Shown: positions 27,401 to 39,400 of the stretch, piece after piece | Layout: every line of letters begins with the position of its first letter | Position numbering within the stretch: position 1 is the first letter of the stretch | Assembly: GCF_018977255.1 (NCBI RefSeq) | Contig: NW_024704743.1 | Location: 85,500,001 to 85,564,000 of the forward strand | Direction of reading: 5' to 3' | DNA from: Callorhinchus milii | Lineage: Eukaryota | Length of the DNA stretch: 64,000 bases | Translations under genes and position numbers: made by a program | The notes under the pieces: generated by a model | Told to the model about the DNA's origin: nothing | Seen by the model: only the letters and a program-made list of their open reading frames with translations | The model's database searches: none

Positions 27401-30400
27401 TGCACCGCTGCTCTCTCCCCATCCCTTCACATAGGAGGATAAAACCCGTTTCATTTCAATGCCAGCCTTTTCGTTATTCACCATCACAAAGTTATGGAAC
27501 TGAAGAGCTCCTCCATTCACCCACTCGGCTCCTTTCTCACAGTTCCATGTTGTCAGGGACTCAAACCTCGCGGGTTCTGGGATGGTGGAATAACAGTGTC
27601 TCCAGCTCATTGGGAAATATTCTTCAAAAATCCAGAGCCCAAACCAGCCCTGTGAGTGCACTGTGTTATTACGGAACTCCCCAAGAGGCACTTTCTTCTG
27701 ACAGACAAAAGTTGTGTGAGAAGGTCCATCGGGATGATCATTCATTCTGTACCAGAAGCCAAAATGAGTGCCCCCAGCGACTGCGTTGTGTCGAATAATG
27801 TTATTTGGGTTGGTGATCCAGAATGCAGCAGGAGTGATATCATCGTTCAGGAGGCTGGTGCTCTGGCGGACATAGACAGCCAGGTTGTACTGCAAGATGT
27901 TGTGGTGTTCAATGCCGTCCTGTATGAAGAACCCACCTCCCATAATGTCATAGATCACGTTGTGCTCCACCAGGAGCTTGTGAGTGTTGTGGATGGTGAC
28001 GGCTCTGTTAAACGTCTGGTGTATTCCACAGCCACGCACATATGACTGGTACTTCATGTTTCCCAGCAAATGCCAATGTATCGGGTAACGGCCCAGGCGA
28101 AAGGCTTGACCAACGTAATACATCTGCAGGAGAGCAAGTCCGTGAATGAAACAAGGAAAATAAGTTTGTACCAGCCAGGAACAAAATAGAACAGCCACCC
28201 TCTGAGAGGATACACATTTTTGTAACAAGTTAAGTTAAGCTTGTAAATTGATTGAAACACCATGATCTATCTGAAATGACATTTCCCAGCATTATCATCC
28301 CACACTTTAAGCAAAAAGTTATTTACCTCAACGTATTCAATTCTTCCCTGTGCAAGGCCAGAGCTAGGTCGTGGGGCGTGAAACATGATGCAGCCACCAA
28401 ACTGATCGCTTCCAATTTCTTCACCAAACCGACCCTGAAAGCACGTCTGGACGGCAAACTGGCCTAAAATTAACAAAGGAAAGGTGACATTGGTAGCTTT
28501 GCATGTTTTGTGGTACTTTCAAGCATACATGTGTGAGAAGGGAATAGAGGGGCATAGGTGAGGGGAATAAGAGGGCTCATGTGAAGTATAAACACTTGCA
28601 CTAACTATTTGGATTGAATAATAATAATAATAATCCTTGCATTTGATATAGCGGTTTTCACGTCTTCTCAACGTCTCAAAGCGGTTCACAGAATATACTG
28701 TAAAGTGAATTGACTGTATATTTGTGGGCAAAATGCGGCAGCCAATTGCGCACAGCATTGTCCCACAAACAGTCGTGGATTGAAAATGACCAATTTATTA
28801 TTGTTTTTGTTTTTGGAGGGATTATTATTTGTGAGACATATTACTCAATGTAACTGTTTGTCACATTATAAGCAGCTTGAAACCTGGGGCTAGAACTGTT
28901 CTCAATGATTACTCAAAAAAGTCCTCCAAACAGCATAGCCTGAATTCCAGATACTGAACATGAACCCCCAATTCAGAATCTTGAACACTTGCACCAAATG
29001 TAGATGAAATTATGTAGATTCAGGAGTAATATAATATGTAGATGATAATATTATAATAAAACATTGACTGCATATTTTGCAATAATTACAATAGTCTATT
29101 GATTAATAATAATTATAATAATAATAATCTATTGGTTTGCTCACAACAGTACTGTGGGTAACCACTAGAGGGTACACTTGACTGCTTCAGCCATAGCTTG
29201 GATATCGGGTTTTATATCAGTTAGAGTAATAATCCTTATATTTAATAACATGCCTTATGATTCTGAAAGATCTCAAAGCACTCTCAAAACGCTTCTCAAC
29301 GTTTTATGTGAAGTGTGATGACCATGTATTTGTAGGTTACCGTGACAGCCAATTTGCACACAGTAACGCTCCACAGACAGCCATGAGGTGAAAGATTGTC
29401 ATTCAGACGGCTTTATCTGTTAGTGAAGAATACACACGGATTCAAAGAAAAAAATAGATTGTTAATTAAATATCAACCTTACCCATGTTAAATCCATCAG
29501 GACATGCTTCGATGTGATCATTCCATTCCACATTATTTGACCCTCTGACAACTACGTTACGGGTTAAGAGGCCAACTTCAGCTCTTCCCTCGAACATAGT
29601 CCCATCAGGAAGTGGGACAGACACCCCCAGGTGATTGTACTGCAGTGGCTCAGTGAGATTGAGGCTCTTCCCATCGGCCGACACAGATGCTATTGTTTTC
29701 TTCTCATTTTCACTCTGGCTGTGTCTAATTGTTAAACATTACAGTATAAACGCTGACGCTAATTAAGAAATAGTAAAATATGACTCTGAGGTGCTGTCAG
29801 AAATATATTAATGTGGGCACTCACACTGTGCATGTTTTCAGACATGACATGGTGTTATTTCTGCTTGAATGCAATACAGAAAGTTCTGTGATTTCAATAC
29901 AAGTGAAGAAATTCTCTTCAAACAACATAACGGTGTGCTATCATGCAGAGACCACTGAAGTCAACAATCTCTTTATTACTGGGATATAAAGGAGCATAAT
30001 AGGAAACAGATGATTACTTCAGTAGAGAGCTGGATATACACAGTAATGGGGGGACCCCTCCCACTGTGGAAATGAGAACAGTGTGAATATCATATTTTTA
30101 TGTGAAATGCAATGTACAGTATGAAAAAGAAAAAGTCTTGCATCAGGAGATACATTGTCACTATAGTATGACACTGTGTTTCACTGTTTCCACAAGTAAT
30201 TTCTGTGAAGTGCAGTGACTATTTTTGTAGGCTTTTATAACAGCCATTTGTGCCAGCAATATGCCACAAAAAGCCGTGGTCAATTAATCTGAATGATTGC
30301 ATTGGGAAAAAGTGTTTTCTTTGTGAATATTGTCTTGGAATCTTTAACGTCAACCTAAACAGGGAGGCAGAGTCTTAATTTAACATCTTATCTGAAGCAT

Positions 30401-33400
30401 AGCACCTCCTTTAATCCAGTACTGCCCCAGTAATGCACTGCAATGTCAGTCCAGCCAATGAGCTCAAGACCCACCATGGGAGTTGAACCCACAATCTTCT
30501 GCCCCAAAGGCAAGAGATGTGGAAAGTGATTGAGAAGAGAATAATTCATGCTCCCTGATGTTTCTTCCAGACAGTTAGTCAGTTACTCATTGCTGCTTCT
30601 GTCTAATAGCTATGGTGAGACTAGGAATAGAATCTGTGGAGAATCACCAGCATAAGTACATATCTGACCAGATCTATCTGTCTGTGTTTAATTGTCCGAT
30701 GGTGTATGTCTAATTGTCTAACTGCCCCCACCCCAGGAGCAGCCTTTTGACAATTTACTACACCATCGGACAATACCCTCTCCAATACTATGTGTATCTA
30801 ATATTCCAAACCTACCTGTGTCCAGTCGATGCTATGACAATCACGTCCCCTGCTTTCCACGTCACAGATTTTTGTAAAATTACAGTTGTGGAGCCTGCAA
30901 TAGCAGTTTGGGCTAAATGGGTCCAGACTACAGGAATAGGGAGACCTGGCAAGAGAGGATGAAATGTTCACTCTAGTTCCTCTAACCTCTGCTTCACCAG
31001 TTCTGAAACTGAAGAATGCGATGCCTCGAAGAAGAAACAACAACTTGTATTTATATATAGAAAGAACTTGCATTCAAACATGCATTTAAACATTGAAACA
31101 TACAAAAGCACTTCACAGATATTTTCTGTCAAGTGTAGTGACTCTTTTGTGAAGATAACCATTTGGACCAGCAAGATGCCACAGACAACCATTGAATGAT
31201 TCATTTATCTGGAGGATTCTTGACCAGGATAACTGGATATTTTGTTTTTCCCTTTTCAAATAGTGTTATAGGATCTTAATCTTGGTATAACATCTCACCT
31301 GAAGGACAGCATCTCTGACAGTGCAGCACTCAATCAGTACTGGATTGTCAGCCCAAGAGCTCAACTCCCAACATATGTTTGAACCCACAACCTTCTGATA
31401 CAGCCTGTAACTAATAATACTGTAAATAACCTCTGTCTTTTGGCTTCTACCCCAGAAATGTAAATCACAGCATAAACTACATCTCCAGTTTCAAGTCCGT
31501 GCGATGTGAACTGCTTTTTCTATTGGTGACAAATCAGTTATGCTACCAGTTTCCTTAGCAGTGCTGTTTTCGCCTCACTGTTGGTTGTGACACCTTCCCA
31601 TCCGTGCACTGCTGGTCTCATCTCTGGGTCCATTAGAATCCCCGTTGACTTACATAAACTTTGCTCCTGAACTAGATCCAAAGTTCACCAATGGATTAGC
31701 ATCAGCTACATTGCCAGAAGGAGCGTTGATTTGTAAGAAATACCGCAAATTAGACCCCCCCCCCCATCTCTGTGTTTTCACAATGAAACAATAACTTACC
31801 GTGGAGGTCCAGAGTTCCCTCTCGAACAGCTAGTGTCTTGGCTCCATATAGAGGGAGTTCCTTTGAGCGCGAGTGGCCATGTAGGGTAATAATTCCTTTA
31901 TGTCTGAATGGAGAACTTTCAGTTCCAATCTAGCAATGACATCAAAAGTTCAAAGTAGTTCCACTGGTATTCACTTACAATAATAATAATCCTTGAATTT
32001 GATATAGCAGCACCTTGTCATGCCTTCTAGATGTCTCAAAGTGCTTCACAGAATATACTGTAAAGTGACATGATTGTATATTTTGTAAATGAAATGCAGC
32101 AGCCAATTGTGCACAGCAATGTCCCACAAACAGCCATGGATTAAGTGACCAAATTCTTATTATTTTATTTTAATTATAGAGTCAGTACATTTTACAATAA
32201 ATTCTGTGAAGGACTTAGAGACATTTCAATGTTGTGATATTGCACTAATTCAAATGCAAGGTTATTATTACACATTTCTCAGGACACTTCCCTCACTTCT
32301 CATCAGCAAAGATGCTCCCAATTCTTACCTAACCCAGCATATAATATTGTACTTATGTTGAGAATTTTTTTCAGACCATTTTAGGTGCCTGACACTGTAG
32401 CTCTCGTCTCATTTTAAACTTGTCGGCACAGTGTGGCAAACTGAAAGTCTCACAAAACAGGTATTTCATATTTGCGACAGACAGCATGCGACATTCGTGA
32501 TGCATTATAAATTGTCTTGACTCACATGATAAAGAATGGATTACAGCTGTGCCCAAGGGATGAGCAGTCCTATCCTATCTGATCAAACGGCTTTCAGCCC
32601 TACGTAAGCATTGGACAATGTGTGGCCAGTGATTGAATCTGGGACTTTCATGGCTTAACAGTACTTCAGCAGGTGGTGAATTTACCTGTTAAGCTATCAG
32701 AGGAGCCAAGATACTGCTATGGACCATAGAGCAAGAAATTCAAAACTGTGGAAAACACCCAATATGAGAAGAACTTGCTGTTCCACATTTATGCGGTGTT
32801 TAGGAAATCAGAGTAATTTTTGCTTCTGGCATAATCTGGCCAAAATCATGGTATTCCTAAATGTTCCTTAATGATCCCTGGGTATAACTGAGGAACTGAA
32901 ATCATTTATGATTTCTGCAATGTTCGCTGCGTAATAGCCAATGCAGACTCCTACCAGTGCTGGTTCCAGCAAACCTGTGTTCATTGGTAAATTATCAGTG
33001 ATCACTTCAGTTGGAATCCCTAGCATCAGGGGGAGTACAAACATTTCCCAAACAGGTTGAAATAATTTGATATACCTGGAGAACTCCGCCATCTGTGATG
33101 AGAATGTTTTCTGCCTGGAGCTCAATGTCAGCTTCATCAAACATGAGTTTACCACCTGTCACAAAATCAGACGCAGATAGGCATAAAAAAAGAGAAAAAC
33201 AGAAGTGATACGATCATTGTCCATTAAAGGTTTCACCACATGACTTACATTCAAGTTAAGACAACAGGGTCTAAATTGCAGCATTCACAAAAGGAAAGTA
33301 GAAGTTTTTAACACTTGTAATGTTTCTATATCCTGGCCAAAAATCCCCCAGATAAAATTAGTCACTCACTTCATGGCTGTTTCTGGGGCATTCTTGCATT

Positions 33401-36400
33401 CAAATTGGCTGCCTCACAAACAAAGGCCACTTGGGCAAACAGAGGGCAACCAGCGTTCATGGAACTGCAGTAAAACTTCCTTCATAAACAGGAAAGGCTT
33501 TCAACACAGACAATCAACTTGTAAACATGGACACCCAGCTATTATCAGGTTTCTGACATTGTTGTTAGGTAATTAAGTGCTTGTAATGGCCACTGTATAC
33601 TTGATCTTTTACTTCATACGCAAACCCTGATGGGCTGCCACACATCCACTTGTACTACACATAATCTGCACCTATACAATAATGTGGGAAATGTCCTACA
33701 TAGTCAAGCACATTTAAATATTTATGGTATCCCATAACTGACGCTTATGAGCCAGCAGTATGAGATTTCAGGGTCTGTATGGGGAGTTAAGTTCTACAGC
33801 TTCAAATGTGAACAGTCTGGTACTCATGGGAGATTGGGTCCCAATGTATGGAAATACATCTAGCAGTTCCACATTTTAGGGTTCAGCAGAATGCAAGCAA
33901 AAATCAATGCCAATAAAACTACACGTACAGCTGGTTTAGGATAAAATTCCCTGTAGTCTAAAGAGTCTTGCACTAAATTCACCTTAACCTGGAAGCAGCA
34001 GGGAATAATTTCACTGGTAACTGTATTCAGACTCTGAAATGAGTGGTTGCAATTTCACAGATGGTGGCACACAAAACGGAAACATTGTCTCAGAGAAGTT
34101 AAAAATGACTGTGTACATTTTGAATGTTTTTTTTATTTTGAAGCAAAATGTCACCACCGATTTTTTGATTCCCAATTTAATTCTGCTTCCTGCCTGGTGC
34201 TGCCACTCTAGAGGAAGGAGAAATGGCGAAATGAGGTAAAAGAACAGTCTGAAAAGAACAGAACCTGTCTTCCTTTATAATAAACACACTCAAATAATTT
34301 AAAGGCAGAGAAGCATATTTTCACCTACAATTGCTGATGTAAAGTTACCTTGAATGAGAAGCATTTTCAATACTGGTGTGCTTTGATCCAGCAAAATTAT
34401 TTGCCCTTTGCTGATAACGACGAGGAATCCACCTTCTGGTGGCGACAAACCTCCCCATGTATAAGGAGAGGACCAGACATCAATGTAATAAAAATCTGCA
34501 TTGTCCTGTAATAAACCCACAGGACAACGTTCTTATGAATTTGCAAGAATCATACGCACGTATCCTTGTTACTGGGTTACACGTATCATTATTACTGGAT
34601 CACACATGTCTGTTACTGGGCCACAAGTGTCCTTGTTACTGGGCCTTACCCCTTTCTAGCAATGCACGTACAGTTTTTGCATCACACTGTTAATCTGTCG
34701 TATAATTTAAGCAGAGAACACATTTCAAAGGTAACAGATTGATTATTTGTAGGGATCATTGCTCTGTGTTGGGATTTATAAAAAGAACACCAGGATTTAA
34801 GCTAAGATGTAAGAAAATTAAACCACACTTTCAACAGACTTTCCAAAGTCAATACGTCACTTAATTCAATTAAAATGATTATCAATTTGAAGAATAATGT
34901 GGTCACTTGTAACTTTTAATTTCTGAGAAGCTTTATTCTTCACAAGTTATAATTACCCTCCTTTCATCACTGTATTTTCCTTGGATTGAAAGAGTGTTAG
35001 TCTGTCTAACCTGTTGCTGCCTCACCAAAACCTATTTGACCCAATTGAAGATTCACTGCAGTGATCAAGGATCATCAGCCAGTTGTGGAAATCACTACCT
35101 CCTTTTATGTCAAAACTTCTTCATCCAGATGTTGATGGTTCTCTTAATAATGACCCACCGACCAGCTAAGATCACCCTTCACCTTCATCAAAAGGAGTAT
35201 GATGGTAGAGATTTCATGGATCTTTAGAGATGTCATTTTCAACATGTTTCCTTACCTGTCTGGCAACGCCATATTCTCCTATTTTCACATTCACTCTGGT
35301 CAGCTGTGATGGAGAGTGTGCGTTGGTGATGCAAATAATACAGGTTTCATTCACAAACTGGACATCACAGGGAGTCTCAGCGATGGTGACAACAGTCTCA
35401 TTGATGGTTAAGCTGAAAAAGCAAATTTGACCGTGTTATAGACTCATGCATTATCCAGTGAGTACTATTTGTTCTTCTGCAGATAATTAGATGCGGATTG
35501 AGATTGAGTGTACAACGTTATGGCCAGAAACAAATGTAGTTTACAGTTACAAAGTGCCTTTCATGTCAAGAGGATATCTCGATGGCTTTATGCAGCTGGC
35601 TGCAAGTGAGGCCAAGAATCTTGAATTTGATCTGCTGGGGGATGGGGAGCCAATGGAGCTGAGAGTGGGTGATGGGCTCATGGAGCCTGGTGTGGGAGAA
35701 CATGGGCTGCAGGGTTCTGGATGGTCCTGCACCTTGTGTAGGGAGGACATTATGAATCCAGCAAGAAGAGCTTTGAAATAACAGCCTGGACATGATGAAT
35801 GCATGAATGAGTCTCAGTCGTCCCTGGGGAGTCACAGTGGCCACAGATTTCAGCCACTGCCATCTTTGTTAGCAGTGATCTTAGAACAGACATCACTAGT
35901 GCTAATTGCAGAGTTTCAGTGCTGCTTCATAAAATACCAACTTAGATTTGCCAGAATAGCATTCCTACAGGTTGAAGGGATGCTGCATTTTTAAGGAATC
36001 CAGTTAAGAATTATTGCAAATTAGATCCCGCTACCTGTGCTCAGCAAGTGGTTTCCCGCCTGAAAACTATACTGTTCGACCGTGCTTACGGCCACCTCCC
36101 CCTTCCCCCCCCGGCTCATAGTCAGGCTCCACCACTGTTAAGCGCCCTGAGACTCCACCCTGCATGGAGGGTGCTATATAAGTGCAAGTTGTTGTTATAA
36201 TAATAATAATAATCCTTGCATTTGATATAGCGCTTTTCACGTCTGGAGGACGTCCCAAAGCGCTTCACAAAGCGCTTGTTGTTATTGTTGTTGTGTTCTC
36301 AAGTATTGAAATAAAAATAAAACGTTAAAAATTCTTATTCGGATCCTTGTGAGAAACTGAAATAAAAAATGGATTGTGAAACTGTACAAAAAATAAATTC

Positions 36401-39400
36401 AATTGCAGTTGTATCATTGCATGATATTTTGATCCTTAAGTTACCTGAAAATGGCTCCTGTGATAGTAAGTGTAGTACCTCCTGCAGTGCCCCCTCGTCT
36501 CGGATATACATCAATAATTACAGGAGTCAAGGCTGAACTGTAGGTGAAGGCTGTGGGCAACTGGGCTAAATGGTTGTCATTCTTAACGGTAACATTACAT
36601 GTATGCTGAGGTTCAGGACCTAGGTAAAAAATAGTTAGATTACTGATGCATAGTAATAACATAAACATTCACAACTAGTCTGTAGCACTTTTCATGCACT
36701 CTGACTTTGAAGCACCCTATCCTGAAGCAGTTATTCATGCAGTTACGCAGGTACCAACTGGCCACCTATGATCCTAGTCAGTAATGGTCAGCAGTCTATT
36801 TGGCTTGAGAGGGGGTGGGCATCGAAGCCGAACCCCGTCCTCTTCAACTGACATTCACATTCATACACTGTTCAGCAAGGATCACGGGATCAGGAATAAA
36901 TCACTGGATCAGTGAAAAGTGTGTGCATGTGTGTGAGGTGGTAAACTAAGTGCAGTTTTAAACCCTCGATTGCTGGCCTAGCTGAGACCACATGACAGCA
37001 TAGTGTAGGGAGGGATTCAACCTGGGCCTTTGTTGATCTGTAGCCCCACAGGCTACTAGCATGTGTAACACATCATAGGAAATAAGATCATTATCTTAAT
37101 CCTGATTAAGATGCTTATTCCCGCCTAGCCACTGCCAGCGAACAAGAGAGGGATTTCAGCTGAGCATCTGATTTGGAGATTGATCTGCATAAATTGACCT
37201 ACTGTATCTTACCTTTAGAGGGTGGTAAAATGCAGTGCAGAGTACTGGAGGTGGAGGTTGATGAGTTCACTCTGCATTCATCATCACAAATGGATACTCG
37301 GGAATTCTCTCGGTCAAATCCAGCACCATTCAGAGTTAATATTAAGCCGCCCCCAAAGCTACCTAAATTTTTGAAAAAGGTTGAAACATAAATATAAACC
37401 TTGCATGTGATATAGCGCTTATAACATTGAACCATCTCAAAGGTCTTCACAGATGATTGCTTTCAAGTGCAGTAACTGTATTTCTAGGCAAATACATCAG
37501 GCAATTTTCACACAGAAATGTACGTCAAGGAAAAATGATGGAGTTTTTTTGTGTCCACTCATGTTTAGTGCCTAGATTGAGGTGCACTCTCAGCACGTTT
37601 GAGGTAGGTTCTGCTTTGCACAAAATAGCATTTCCTCTCTCCCAATTTTTCCCTCCTTCAATTCCTGAAAGTGATAACTTATATTTGGTTACAAAACTAA
37701 CAACACTGGAGCCTTCTGGTACCTCAGCCAGGGTTGCCCAACTTCATAATAATAATAATATCCTTGCATTTGAATATGATGCCTTATCAAGTCTTCAAGA
37801 CATCTCAAAAAGCACCTCACAGAATATACTGTAAAAAGTGAATTAACTATATATTTTGTGGGCAAAACGTGGCAGCCAATTGCATACAGCAATGTCCGCC
37901 AAACAGTTGTGGATTGAATGACAAAATTATTATTATTTATTTATTGAAAAGGAATTATTACCCCTGGAAAAGTGATCCACCAATCGACTAACAACCGAGT
38001 TCTTACTTACTGCTAGGTAAACAGGTGTGTGGAGTAAGGAAACTTGGCCAAGCATTCGCCCTGCCTGGAAATCGAACCCAGGTTCTCTTGCTTGCGAGGC
38101 GAGTGCTCTAACCACAAAGCTACAGGAGTCGTAGATGATGAATTATTTAATGCAAACATGTCCTCTTCAAGGGTTGAATTCTTCTCCCAATTTAATTCAG
38201 TAGGGAAATTACCCACCATCACACATGAACCAACATGCAAACTTTCAAAGAAGGGTCACAATAACTGGCTGTGTTTTTCTTTTTGACTCATGGACACCAA
38301 TGCAAATGTTTGCTCTCCCACAGCTAGAAGCTTAGCTTGCTTAACACAGCACAGACCAGAGAGCTTTCTAATCTGTCTATCCCAATAAAATATAATTCAA
38401 AACATTTATCCATTTGCCTATCAGTTGGGCAAGAGTGTAGAGTTATCTTTAATTATGCCATTCGCAATCAGCACACAGGAGTGCAAAATCATTTACAATT
38501 CCCTCAAAACAAACAATTGCTCATGGTTAACCCAATCAACAAATCAGGCAACATTTGCTTCATTGATCCAGCAAAGTAACTAGGGAAATAACTACAACAG
38601 CAAAAACTTCTCACGCGGGCTTCCAGAGCACTGATATAATACTATATAATAATACAGTAATATAAAAGCATTGTGATATCGTACTAACCTTTTCTCGGGT
38701 TGACGCTTGTTATGTTTAGCTCATATTGAAAGAACACATCAGATGCAGTATAACCGTTTGTGGCGTGCTTGAGGATGACTGGAAAAGTACCACCTGGGTG
38801 ATCTCCCACAATGCATTCAACATTGCTGTCACTGGCGAAGGTCACGAAGCACAGCACATCATCTATTGTGACTGAAATATTAGCAGCGATTGATCCAAAG
38901 CCAGACCCAGTAATGGTGATTCTCGTCCCACTTAAACCTACAGAAAGAAATGAAGACTTGTGTCAAACTTTAGTTGTAAAGAAATAGCTAAATATTTTCC
39001 CATTTCTTGAGTTTTCATTCCTAAATCTGCTGGTTTGAAACAGCCGTGTATTTACCCTCAAGGAGATGAGGAATATCAGAAGCAAACTCACTCAGGAATG
39101 CTCTGGTATATGTCTCATCTATGTGGTTCTGAATGATACTGGTACAGATTGATATTGATACAGGGCGGGAAAAGGTACGGTATTGATTCTCGATTGATTG
39201 CAGGTATTGGTGAAACACTGGAGCCGGGACTGGTGAAGAATGATAGTAGGGATTGGAAGGACAGGAGCGATGATTTGTGAAGGATGAGGGCATGGAATAG
39301 TGACAGAGGGGATGGGGACTGGTGAAGGAGGGACAGAGAATGGAGAAGGAGGAGAGCAGGCATTGTAGCTACTGTAAATATGACTGAGGTTCAAAATCCC

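Noticed and set aside
26726..28228. 500-aa ORF as a stand-alone gene
   Set aside because: Only 27094-28123 is coding; it is bounded by AG and GT and in phase with neighbouring exons. The rest is read-through into introns.
38055..38130. tRNA gene on the minus strand
   Set aside because: A and B boxes are present, but the sequence runs directly into a SINE body and tail, so it is a SINE head.
39021..39394. Overlapping Pro/Ser-rich ORFs
   Set aside because: Low-complexity GA-rich intronic sequence that lacks stop codons because of its composition.
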